From Cyanophora paradoxa CCMP329 (taxonomy: Eukaryota; Plantae; Glaucophyta), in the NCBI GenBank assembly GCA_004431415.1, contig QPMI01000238.1:1-49848 (forward strand): a DNA stretch of 49,848 nt. Reading direction: 5' to 3'. The translations under genes were made by a program, and so were the position numbers. A model generated the notes under the pieces. That model had not been told where the DNA came from, did not search any database, and worked only from the letters and a program-made list of their open reading frames with translations. This document shows, piece by piece, positions 1 through 9,513 of the stretch; positions within the stretch are counted from its first letter, which is position 1; the number at the start of each line of letters is the position of its first letter.

Positions 1-1603
1 CCATGTGATCACCACAATTGCTACTTTGGTTTGCTTTGAGATTCTCCTGTGGAGGTTGCAGTTTCGGCATGCTTTCCCAATAAATGCTCCTGATTGATGA
101 CAATGGTCTCTCACTGGGAAATTCTCATGGGTAATCGTTCAGCACAGATTAACAGTGTTTAGTGATCTGTATTGGCTTTCTGCTCTCTGTGAGTGGTGAT
201 TGGAATATTGTGAATAGAGTGCGGAATTATTGGGGTCTGATCTCTGTGAGAGTGGTAACAGAGCACAAGTGGATCTGATCCCTCGAAATAATGAGAATCA
301 CTTATCCCATCACAACTGTTAAAGAACGATTGACTCTCTTTTACTGCGGTTCTCATCAATTGGAACCGAGTGATGTCATTTTTACATAGCAGATAGTGGG
401 AAGCCACACAGTTTTGCGAAGGTGTTGAAGCCCAAATGCAATGTGATTCCAGATTTCGGGCATTTACCTTTGCTCTCCTCCATCAATGCAGCGATTCGCT
501 TCTATATGAACATCCAGCTTCTCCTGAGTTCTGAAACGAGACAGACAGGTCTCACAGTAATAATGCGACATCATGGGTTTCAAAGGTGTTTTCAGAGTCT
601 ACTAGAGACATGATGGTGATATAATGCCCTTATCCTCTTCGTTTTCGATTATAAAAGGTTAATCTTGGTCTTTCTCCTGGGTTGCTGGATTGATGGAGAG
701 GATAGAACACTGTGCTTGATTATCTGCACCATAATGTTGATACTCAGTTCAGGGTTCTGCTCCTCAAATCGATCATAACCTCTGCATCACAGGCAACTGG
801 AACTGGATGCCTTCGAAATTGAGTTCGTTTAACCATCTTTATACTGGCTGGGTTCATTGCTCTTGTGTTTATTAATTCATTTCGGTGCAGGTAAGCCAAG
901 ATTGCATACTTGAGCAGTCTTGACCATCAATATTCTTCACATTACAGTTGCTCTCTTGATCCAATCCACTCAGGTGTTGAGAAGAAGCACCACCACAGGA
1001 GCATAAGACATTATTACCACTCTCAGCATCTCATGCGATCCAGTCTGTAACTGTCACCTGCATCATCTGCTCCTGCATGGATTGAAGGGCATTCGCAGTT
1101 CAACATCAATATTTCGTGATCTTGTGATGACAAGTATCACTGTAAATGAATTTCGTGATCCACACCCTGGGATCACTCACTTTGGTGAATTTACAAATGA
1201 AGGTCAACCGAGTTTTAATTGCTCTCAGGTCTTGGAGTTTCTTCTGAGTCTCTGAGGTAGAGTAGGTGCAATTCTCTCCAAGAATTCAATCCCATCTTGG
1301 ATAACCTCCCTCTGGCTCGATAGGTTAACCAGGAATATGCTTGTTCATGGCTTCCCCATCTTCAATCTCGGGTTCAATTGTTCCAACCTTAAACCTTCAT
1401 CCCTGAATTCCTCCATTTTCTCAAAACGATCATAGAGGCGATTTGTAATTTCTGTGAGTTGAGATAATCTTGGTCTTCTGTCCAGACTGCTGCCTGGCGA
1501 TCATATTCAAATTCTGTAATATCACCAGTGACTAAAAGGGTTCCTAAAAGACGAGTATTTCGTTTTTCTTCTCTTTGATGATTCTATTGGATTGGCGGGG
1601 CAT
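1..1603 (-). pseudogene. Protein-primed family-B DNA polymerase (pPolB), N-terminal half, many frameshifts; runs off the left edge
   Basis: Manual minus-strand translation across 1-bp gaps gives, in the expected order: NVKNIDGQDC(F)KYAILAYLH (~880-943), WLNELNFEGIQ(F)PV (~795-835), DRFEEQNPELSINIM (~733-775), HYITIMSL (~603-626), YYCETCLSRFRTQEKLDVH (~505-562) and VRDHCHQSGAFIGKACRNCNL (52-114). This is the motif series of EndoVII-containing Polinton pPolBs. Candidate ATG at 1601-1603. The frameshifts may be sequencing errors. Confidence 0.85.
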
Positions 1604-1705
1604 CTTTTACTTTAAGGGAACATATTATTTTTGGGCAATTTGAACGCATTTCGCATTTTTCAGGTTCTAATGATTCGCACATTCGTGCCTTTGGGACATA
1701 TACAT

Positions 1706-1849
1706 TTACTGTGTCAAGTCTGCTTGCATGGAATCGCTTCTTTTGATATGGTCTACCATTACTGGCTCTGATCTTTGCATATATTCCGCTACCTCTGCAA
1801 TATCATTCTTTTCGACCAGCTGCCGCTGAATTTCGTCGAAATAATCCAT
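1706..1849 (-). CDS. Small viral hypothetical protein (47 aa as read; may be frameshifted and longer)
   Basis: ATG at 1847-1849 (MDYFDEIQRQLVEK...), preceded by the CAAAAATTGAC-N5-ATTTAAGGG motif seen upstream of other viral genes. Confidence 0.3.
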   Translation of the reverse strand: MDYFDEIQRQLVEKNDIAEVAEYMQRSEPVMVDHIKRSDSMQADLTQ

Positions 1850-1880
1850 GTTCTGTCAAAGTCAAGGAAAACGCAATGAT

Positions 1881-1905
1881 CCCTTAAATCGCCAGTCAAT
1901 TTTTG
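1881..1905 (-). promoter_or_regulatory. Putative early promoter CAAAAATTGAC-N5-ATTTAAGGG
   Basis: Same bipartite motif with the same spacing at 5043-5067; contains the AAAATTGA octamer. Confidence 0.6.
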
Positions 1906-1987
1906 TCAAAACACACCATTTACGATACGTTTTATATTGTCCGATAAAGAATCGAAAAAGTCATCGACCCACAGGGGGAGTCTGTGG

Positions 1988-2147
1988 TTAATTGGGTGTG
2001 ACGCCTGTGACGCCTGTGACACCTGTTTTCAGAGGTTTGTAGATTTTTGAAATTTTAAAAAGTTTGAAAGTAGGCGTCACAGGCGTCACAGGCGTCACAC
2101 TCAATTAAAAAGGTGTCACAGCTGTCACACAAACCATTTACAGTAAG
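1988..2147. repeat. Iteron/origin-like cassette A
   Basis: TGTGAC(G/A)CC at 1997, 2006, 2015; 49-bp AT-rich core 2024-2072; GGCGTCACA at 2073, 2082, 2091; arms 1988-2024 and 2072-2108 pair at 35/37; two extra degenerate units 2112-2129. Reverse-complement homolog of cassettes B and C. Confidence 0.9.
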
Positions 2148-2198
2148 GTTTTTAAAAAATAAGAAATTCAATCAGTATTAGAATCGATTCTGTTTTGT

Positions 2199-4555
2199 TT
2201 ACTCATCCCCACCTTCAACATCACTGTCATCCACCAACTTGCGACTATGCTTCTTTTTGATCCCAAGTAGCCACGAGCAAGAACACCATTGACTCGCTTT
2301 CTCTCAGCCTTCACATTAAAGACTTCGCGAAGTCTCTTCAAGATAGTGCATTCTGTGATTTTCTCATCAGATTTGCCATGTGATCCATCTTAAAGTGACT
2401 GATAATGGACTCACTTGTGGCGAAATCCCTTGACTCTTGGTGAGTTCATAACTCTCACGAATCCATTCTCCAATCTTGTCATTCTCATTGAAATATTCAA
2501 CACCTTGATCAACAATGGACTGGGTGGTTGGTGACGAATTCATTGAGAGAATGGGTTCTCCACATTTCCAGGAGAATGGACATATGCGCCATTTTATAAT
2601 CGTCATCATTCTTCATTAGGCGCATTAGAGTGGTGTCTGCTTTCTTCTCACCAGGCTGAGGATCGACCTTGAAGACATTTTCGAATCGGTAGTAGATAAT
2701 TCGCCTTTGGATTGCTGCATCTGGTTTACTGATTCCCAGGTTGTCATTTGTGGACAAGAACAACTGGAACATGGGAATGAATGTAACAAGATCTTTGAAA
2801 AGAGCTCGAACCTTCATCTCATTCCCACCAGTAACCTGTTTGATTTTGTTCAGTTGAAGCATATCACCATCTTCTGCTTCATTACTGAAAACAATTCGTT
2901 TACCAAGAATGCAAGCGAGTTCTGGGGAAGCCTCTGACGAACTCTTCTTGGTTTAGTCCAATATGTCATGTCCAGTGACCCATAATACTCACCAAATGTG
3001 TCTTTCACCAACTCTTGGAGCAGTGATTTCCCATTTGCTCCAATTCCAGTCCAGCAAGTGTATCTCTGATTTTCTGTCAAACCACTCAGGGCATAGGCGA
3101 TTAATCCCAGCATGAATTCGCGGTCTGTATCCGATTCAATAATATCTGCATAGATGGATTTAATCTTTGCAACCTTCTCTTGGTCAATTTCTGTGGTGTA
3201 ATCGTAGCCAACAGTCTTACTCACCATATCATATGGGAGTCCCTGTCGAAAAGTCATGGAGTTCAAGTCAAATACACCATTTGTGAACCCAATGATGTTG
3301 GGAACAGTATCAAGTCTCTCGAAAAAGGTCTTGTCACTGAACAGAACTGAAAGATCAGACATAAGTGCAGTTCTGTATGTAGTCTGTTTGAGGCTCTTAG
3401 CAATTCCCAGCAGAATCTTTGACCTTTCCTCCAAGGAATTGCGGTTCTCTTCATCACGAAGAGCTCTCTGTGCGAGTTGAACAGAACGTTGAAGATAAAC
3501 TGGACAGACCTTGCAGCTCAAACAGAGAAAGATTCGCTTCCCAGTTTCATCCATCTCCCAAATCCCACATACATCATTGAACTTGAACCAGGTCTTGTTG
3601 GAATACTTGTATTTGTCTTGCAGAACAAGATAGGCAACCTGTGCAACATCATAATGGGCACCATCAGATCCAGCAGACCGATCAATCAGATTTTCGATAT
3701 TCGCATCTGTCTCTTCCTTCACACGAATTGTGATAAGTCGCTTCTTGCAGTTTGCACTGTAACTCGAAACAATATATTTGTCTTTCTCCTTCCCTTGAAT
3801 AATATACCAATTGTTTGAGTCATGGCTTCCCTTGCAGCAGGGACAGACCAGACCTTTGTTCTCAGCAGTGAAATTGTATCCCATCTTGGTCTCATTGATG
3901 ATTGTGGGCAAGATGAAACCGAATTCTTCGAGTTTAGAAAGAATATGTTTCTGCAAATTCTCCTCAGCGCACCTTGCATAATAAGAATGTGCACCTTTGG
4001 GGAATTCGTAGTTTTCAACAATCCACTTTTGCAACTCAGCAGTGGGTTCATTTAACTCACACTCAGATGCCCATGGCTCTCTGATCCATGTTTTGTTGGG
4101 ACTGGGGCAAACATTAATCACCCCAGCAGTCCCAGTGGATGCAATCGTTTTGCAGTCGATCTTGGGGTTTCCTTTGAATGCACCCGCTTTATCCCAGATC
4201 TTAATGGTGTCGAATTCAGCAGGTCGAGCGAAGAATGCATGATATCCTTTTTTGGTTTTAGCAAGAGGATTAACACCACCGAAATCATCAGGAATTGCTC
4301 CTCGAATTTGGCGAAATCCTCCTCTTGGTCGAAGTCAATTACCAGGATATTACGAGCGAGAATGCCCCAAGCAGTATATTTACCGGATTTCAGGGCTTCA
4401 TCGAATTTATCCCAAGACCAGGTTCCGTCTTTATGAGCGAAAAGTGGCTTTTTGGTATCAGGATCAACAGGAATAACGATATTCTCAGACAGGACATCGT
4501 CTTCACGAAGCCATTCAACAAGGCGTTTCAGGGATTTCTTGGCGGCAGCGTTCAT
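2199..4555 (-). CDS. Prim-Pol (AEP) primase fused to D5-like SF3 helicase, about 785 aa once frameshifts are corrected
   Basis: Joins ORFs 4118..4555, 2850..4121, 2509..2862 and 2367..2609. Prim-Pol motifs IPV..TKKP, WGILARNILVIDFD, TKKGYHAFF, IDCK..GVINVCPS; Zn-binding CPCCKGSH; D5_N-like IGFTNGVFDL; Walker A GIGANGKS; SPELA..GKRIVFSNE; IKQVTGG; AIQRRI; C-terminal RVNGVLARGY; TAA at 2199-2201. Frameshifts near 4291, 2945, 2525 and several in 2260-2430. Confidence 0.9.
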
Positions 4556-4586
4556 TTCAACAATCGGGGGCTTCTTATCCTTAATG

Positions 4587-4639
4587 GAGAAATTAATTTC
4601 TCCGGTCGCTTGTCATTTTTTGGCGCCTAACCTTTAAAT
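4587..4639 (-). promoter_or_regulatory. Putative promoter of the primase-helicase gene (ATTTAAAGG, CAAAAAATGAC and ACCGGAGAAATTAATTTCTC boxes)
   Basis: All three boxes recur upstream of the ORF starting at 4977. Confidence 0.55.
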
Positions 4640-4749
4640 ACCTTTGGGTTCTCCGATTGGCGCTCGATGTATGGTAATGATCCATCGAAAAGTCGATTGA
4701 TCATGGTAACAAAAAGGATTCAGCGGATATCTGGGACTTTGGGGGCGGT

Positions 4750-4977
4750 TCAGTATTTTCTGGGACGACCTACTGGGCGTTTCACTGGATTATTGGGATC
4801 CATCTCAGCAGCTTTCCTGCGATAATATCGTTCCAGTGCCTTTTTACGATATAATTCTCGAAATTCCTCATCTTGATAGCGTTTCTGGAAATACAAGCGG
4901 TCATACAACCTTTTCCTCTCATTGGGATCCACCTCGCTCATTGCAAGTTCGAATTCGACCACAGATTCAGTTTCCAT
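4750..4977 (-). CDS. Small basic DNA-binding protein with C-terminal AT-hook
   Basis: 75 aa, R/K/Y-rich helix ending KRPVGRPRKY (GRP AT-hook core); conserved upstream motifs. Confidence 0.7.
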   Translation of the reverse strand: METESVVEFELAMSEVDPNERKRLYDRLYFQKRYQDEEFRELYRKKALERYYRRKAAEMDPNNPVKRPVGRPRKY

Positions 4978-5001
4978 TTGATATGTTCCTTATAATGGGA
5001 C

Positions 5002-5067
5002 GAGAAAATAATTTGTCCGGTTCACCAATCAAACACACCTTACCCTTAAATCCCTTGTCATTTTTTG
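5002..5067 (-). promoter_or_regulatory. Putative promoter CAAAAAATGAC-N5-ATTTAAGGG plus ACCGGACAAATTATTTTCTC box
   Basis: Matches the motifs at 1881-1905 and 4587-4606 (18/20 identical for the ACCGGA box). Confidence 0.6.
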
Positions 5068-5177
5068 CAGATCGAGACCAGTTCCTGTCTACGCTTTTTT
5101 ATTGCGGCTTCTGTTGCATATTCAGCGGATTTCCTTTCAAGGATAGCATAGATCTCAGAGAGACTGAGCATTCGATA

Positions 5178-5411
5178 TTAATTACCGAGATTTAATTTCG
5201 GATCTGTGAAAGATACAGACCTGCGCCTCACTGTCTCTGTTTTAATATGCTCTTCGAAATCCACCGAATCTGTGGATAATCGCCTACCACCAGATCCATG
5301 ACTCTCAGTGTCAGAGAATTCGATTTCGACTTTGGTTTCACAGCAGCCACTGTGACAATTGCTCACAATGTGGAGATTGAACATCTCTATGAGTTTTCGC
5401 AAGAAATCCAT
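5178..5411 (-). CDS. Viral hypothetical protein (77 aa, CHSGCC motif)
   Basis: ATG-started ORF packed tightly in the co-oriented viral gene run. Confidence 0.6.
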   Translation of the reverse strand: MDFLRKLIEMFNLHIVSNCHSGCCETKVEIEFSDTESHGSGGRRLSTDSVDFEEHIKTETVRRRSVSFTDPKLNLGN

Positions 5412-5438
5412 GATGCTCTCTCTCTTAATGCGAGATAA

Positions 5439-6173
5439 TTAAAGCCAAACTCGTCGTTTATATACTGTTGGGGCAACACCTTTATCGACCTCTGATTTGG
5501 TAGCACCAGGTTCAATGGTGCCCTTCTGGGTTTTGGTCTTCATCTCATCAACTGCCTGCTCATCAATTTGAGTCTCTTTCTTACCAATGAACTGCTTATC
5601 TGGGAGACCAGTGATTCCCATTCTATACACCTCCTTTCGCAGCATCTCCTTTAATTTCGCTCTCTCTTTCTTCTCAGAGACATACTGTTCAAGAGCACTG
5701 GATTTCGCTTCCAGATCTTTAAGTTTCGCAGTCATTTCGTCCCATTGGGCTTTGGGAATTCGATGGATATTCTGTGTAGGTGCGACCTTGTAGGTTACCT
5801 CACCAGCCATGGATTGAATTACCTTGTCTGATTCTTTGGATACACCTTCACCTTTGCGAGCAAGGGACAGATCTTGGAGACCCAGTCCTTTGTCATCAGC
5901 AGCACCAATAATTCGACGAGCACCTTCACCAACTGCCTTCATCTTAGAGGTTTCGGGCGAAATATTCAACTGGTCACTTGTGGAAGCTTGGGGAGCTTTA
6001 TCATCTGGTGATTCTTCGTAAGCAGCATTGAGGGGATCTTCTTGTTGCTGTGATGCTTTAACTTCATTGACACCATTGAATTTCATGGGCTCTGTGTTAA
6101 TAGAACCGGTTCCAGAGGATGCAGAATATGACATAGCACCAGCAGGAACACCAACTTTGCGTTTGGAAGGCAT
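5439..6173 (-). CDS. Viral hypothetical protein (244 aa, K/E-rich, coiled-coil segment; possible virion core protein)
   Basis: Long intact ORF immediately downstream of the ATPase with 27-28 bp intergenic gaps; function not recognised. Confidence 0.75.
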   Translation of the reverse strand: MPSKRKVGVPAGAMSYSASSGTGSINTEPMKFNGVNEVKASQQQEDPLNAAYEESPDDKAPQASTSDQLNISPETSKMKAVGEGARRIIGAADDKGLGLQDLSLARKGEGVSKESDKVIQSMAGEVTYKVAPTQNIHRIPKAQWDEMTAKLKDLEAKSSALEQYVSEKKERAKLKEMLRKEVYRMGITGLPDKQFIGKKETQIDEQAVDEMKTKTQKGTIEPGATKSEVDKGVAPTVYKRRVWL

Positions 6174-6201
6174 TGTATATTTATTAGAAGCAGAGATTAT
6201 T

Positions 6202-6984
6202 TTATAAACCTCTCTTATATCGCATCAGTTTATTCGAATGAACACCACTCTTGACCTCTTTGGGGGCTTCCTCTTTCTGTGGAGGTGGTAATTCGTCCTC
6301 TTTCTTTTTGGGCTTCCTGTGGAACCGAGGAAACTTAAAGTCTTTAACGAGTTCCGCTTTATCAACGTAGTATTCCACCGAATAATTCGCAGAACTCCAA
6401 ATGAGAAACTGATAGGAGTGAACGTATTCCTCAAACATCTTATAGAAAGCGTCTTTATCCCGCATGATATTGTATTCTTCTTCAATGGCTTCCAGTTCTT
6501 TGCGATTGGCGGCACTGAGGAACATTGCATAATCCGAATTGACGCGAATGGTTGAAGAAACCTTACGCAGTTTCTGAGTTATGCAGAAAATTGTAATCGC
6601 CGAGTGGCGGCCGCGCGAATACAGAGATCCAATAATTTTATCACGGGTAAGGTCTACAATCTCATTGTCTATAAGATCATCGAGAACAACACATAATTGA
6701 TTAACGGGTTCTCCTTTCTCAATTTTCTCTTGTCTTTCATCGAGAAGTTTAGCGATGTAAGGCGCATCCCATTTACCGAGCTGTAATGTTGCGACATCAT
6801 CCCAAAAATGATTGAATGATGTCCCACTTATAACAAGAACAACATCTAACTTTTTCGCATCGTGAAGTTGTTTTAGCCAATATTTTACGGCTTCTGACTT
6901 GCCCGTCGCGCTTTTTCCGATTGCTAATACGCGAAAAGGGGGTTTAATCATCTCAGCAGCATTAAATTCGGGAACGTCAGACAT
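6202..6984 (-). CDS. A32-like (FtsK/HerA superfamily) genome-packaging ATPase
   Basis: PPFRVLAIGKSATGKS (Walker A), LCVVLDD (Walker B), SRGRHSAITIFCITQ and TIRVNSDY, which are signature motifs of A32 ATPases. Confidence 0.95.
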   Translation of the reverse strand: MSDVPEFNAAEMIKPPFRVLAIGKSATGKSEAVKYWLKQLHDAKKLDVVLVISGTSFNHFWDDVATLQLGKWDAPYIAKLLDERQEKIEKGEPVNQLCVVLDDLIDNEIVDLTRDKIIGSLYSRGRHSAITIFCITQKLRKVSSTIRVNSDYAMFLSAANRKELEAIEEEYNIMRDKDAFYKMFEEYVHSYQFLIWSSANYSVEYYVDKAELVKDFKFPRFHRKPKKKEDELPPPQKEEAPKEVKSGVHSNKLMRYKRGL

Positions 6985-7046
6985 GGCTTTGTAGATCTTT
7001 CTTATTAAAGATAGATAAAAATAACGAAACGTTACTGATAATGGTT

Positions 7047-8420
7047 TTACAGATTAATGCGACGAAGACCATCTTTGTCAACAATAATGAAACTGTGCAT
7101 GAGAGCACGAACATTAACTGTGATTGTCTGGTCAGAAGGCATGTATAGAGTAAGGAAAGAAGAGGAGGAGTTCGTGAGATCAACATAGCCAGACTGGGCA
7201 ATGTTGCGAATCGCTTTCTCTCCATCAACACAGAATGGTAGACCACTGAGGACATATTTGTCTGCAACCTTGTCCATATTTGAGCACTTGAAGGCATCCG
7301 CAATTAATTCGGCACCTTTGAGGAGAGGGATGGGCTCAGTAGCATAGAGACGTTGACCATTAATTTCAACAGTGAAAGTAATGTCTTTTGAGTTAGCATG
7401 CGTTTTTAGGACACTGTGGGAACCATTGAAACCATCAATACCTGCGGCATCACGAACTGAAACAAGAAGACCATAGACAAGACCAGAGATCTGTGACAGG
7501 TTAATACGATTTGGTTGAGCATTGCCTTTTGCAGCAAAATTGACACTGTCAACAAAACCAATATCCAGAGCAGGAATAGCCATACCAGTGGTCTTCACCT
7601 TCTCAATGACAGTAGCAAACAGTTCATCAGAAACATTAATAGCATGCATGTAAAGACGAGGAGAAGTGACTTTAATTTCGGGGGTTGTTGTTGCACCAAT
7701 TCCAAAAGTGGTGATTTGTTGACCAACATGGGCAAGAGTAGCATTAGCAGTAGCACCAAGTCCATCATCCTCTGTCTTATCAGCAGCTGTTCCACCAACA
7801 ACAGGAAGAGCACGACCACCATAAGAAGTCTCAACATAACCCTTTCCAGCATCCTTGAACCAGACAGTTACCACCATTTCTCCTGAGAGAGCACCAAGAG
7901 GTAGGTAGTGGTTTAGCCATGGGACTGGGATTTCAGTGAAAAATGACCCACCAAGTCGGTTGGTTCCATGGGCAGGGATACCATGAACCATTCCCATTGA
8001 ACGCTTCTTCTTGGCGAGTTGATCCTCACTGTAATAGATAAGAGGGAAATGAGCAAGGAAATCAGAAGGCACATGGAAGGTGTAAGATCCATAGGTAATT
8101 TCAAGTCGAGAGACAAGAGCACCAACTGGGCGAACGTATCCATTGCGAACAAGGTCGGTATCACCAGCAAAAGTGACAGCTGGAAGGTCAAACGCAAGTT
8201 CGAGTTTTCCACAGAAATTGTAGCGAGGGAGCTTGAAAGAAATGCGATTTCCAGCATTATTCTCGAAAGTGTTGCTTGGGTTCACAACAACAAGAACTGG
8301 CTTCGACTTGGATTCAAGACCAAGCATGAGAGAGTTGTCCAAGAAGAACGCCTTGGCTTCTTCCGGGGTTGTTAGAGCTTCTTTCAGAGAAAGACGTTGG
8401 AGGGTCGAAGTAATATCCAT
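7047..8420 (-). CDS. Double jelly-roll major capsid protein (457 aa from ATG 8420)
   Basis: GNRISFKLPRY..LAFDLP, GALVSRLEITYG, IPVPWL..YLPLGAL..MVVTVWF follow the DJR Capsid_N pattern; size and position between ATPase and penton genes fit a PLV MCP. Confidence 0.85.
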   Translation of the reverse strand: MDITSTLQRLSLKEALTTPEEAKAFFLDNSLMLGLESKSKPVLVVVNPSNTFENNAGNRISFKLPRYNFCGKLELAFDLPAVTFAGDTDLVRNGYVRPVGALVSRLEITYGSYTFHVPSDFLAHFPLIYYSEDQLAKKKRSMGMVHGIPAHGTNRLGGSFFTEIPVPWLNHYLPLGALSGEMVVTVWFKDAGKGYVETSYGGRALPVVGGTAADKTEDDGLGATANATLAHVGQQITTFGIGATTTPEIKVTSPRLYMHAINVSDELFATVIEKVKTTGMAIPALDIGFVDSVNFAAKGNAQPNRINLSQISGLVYGLLVSVRDAAGIDGFNGSHSVLKTHANSKDITFTVEINGQRLYATEPIPLLKGAELIADAFKCSNMDKVADKYVLSGLPFCVDGEKAIRNIAQSGYVDLTNSSSSFLTLYMPSDQTITVNVRALMHSFIIVDKDGLRRINL

Positions 8421-8474
8421 GATTATCTCTTTTATTATACTGCAACATAAAAAATTCACCAATGATCCTTGATT

Positions 8475-9485
8475 TTACGCAAAATTCGCAATAACCGGAT
8501 AAGATGGATGTGTTTCCGCCATTCTCCTCTTGAAGTATTCGTACACAGGATCACCAGCAGGTTCATCACCATATCGAATTTCGAAGGTGAGGTGGACAGG
8601 TTGACCCTCGAAATCAATTGGTTCATTAACTGCATTCACAATATCAACCGAAAATGTGGAAAGTCCCAGATTCTTGTTATAGTATTTATAAATCGGATGG
8701 GCTTCTGTCGAATTATAAACGACATGCTCACCATAATCTTTATCTGGAACAACGATTTTGTGGAAATATCCAGTGAGGAGACCATCACCACATTGAACCA
8801 GATCACCCAACTCCTTTACTCTCACAAACAGAACACTATCCCTGGTCTTTTCAGGTTCAAATGAAGATATGATACCATGCACCATCGACCCAGTAAAGAT
8901 ACCATCAGTCAGAGTATTATAAACTTGTGATTGGATTGGGGTGTTACCATATCTCCCAGGATCAAGACCAAGCAGTCGAGCAGAACTCAAAAACCTCTGA
9001 ATCTGCGCCTGGGTTGGGTTTATTGCAGTTGAGAAAGCCAGGTAAAACGGTATGGTGGAATGGAATATTACTCGTTTCAGTGTATCATCCCATTTACAGC
9101 GAATTGCTACTGGTGGCTCTCTCAATGCAAGTTTGGAGTTAATTACATTCACCAGTTGTTGGTGGTTTTGAATGGGTGTGCTGCGACTTATCACAATGTG
9201 CTTCCATTGCTCATAATCGGCAGCAGGTCGATCAGTTGGAATACCAGTGCTTCCTGCACCAGAATAATATTCAGACCAATAAAGGTAGATTGCATTATCT
9301 ATTGTCACATCTCCTACTTTGGTTTCACCACTCACCATGGGAATGCTGTTATAGAATTCTGCTGAAACCAGTCTTACTGCTCTCACAAATTCATAGGTGC
9401 TGGGGAGGCGAGCAATAAAACTCGAAGTAGGTCCATCTCCCGAAATTGTATTGAAAGAGCTCACTTCGATGTAATCCACAGGCAT
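8475..9485 (-). CDS. Minor capsid (penton-like, single jelly-roll) protein 1
   Basis: N-terminal IEVSS..SSFIARLP..VRAVRLVSAEFYNS; C-terminal LFVRVKEL..FSVDIVNAVNEPIDFEGQPVHLTFEI, the PLV/Polinton mCP pattern. Confidence 0.75.
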   Translation of the reverse strand: MPVDYIEVSSFNTISGDGPTSSFIARLPSTYEFVRAVRLVSAEFYNSIPMVSGETKVGDVTIDNAIYLYWSEYYSGAGSTGIPTDRPAADYEQWKHIVISRSTPIQNHQQLVNVINSKLALREPPVAIRCKWDDTLKRVIFHSTIPFYLAFSTAINPTQAQIQRFLSSARLLGLDPGRYGNTPIQSQVYNTLTDGIFTGSMVHGIISSFEPEKTRDSVLFVRVKELGDLVQCGDGLLTGYFHKIVVPDKDYGEHVVYNSTEAHPIYKYYNKNLGLSTFSVDIVNAVNEPIDFEGQPVHLTFEIRYGDEPAGDPVYEYFKRRMAETHPSYPVIANFA

Positions 9486-9513
9486 CTTCTTTTATCTATA
9501 AACATATATTAAA

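Noticed and set aside
2199-4555. Programmed ribosomal frameshifting, or four separate genes, in the primase-helicase region
   Set aside because: The breaks fall inside conserved domains, are single-base slips without evident slippery heptamers, and increase toward the window edge.
7534-7544. CAAAATTGAC promoter-like match inside the MCP gene
   Set aside because: It is antisense, within coding sequence, has a shorter A-run and has no downstream gene.
8421-8462. Extended MCP start from the ORF track
   Set aside because: It uses a non-ATG start within an AT-rich leader; the ATG at 8420 fits the leader pattern of neighbouring genes.
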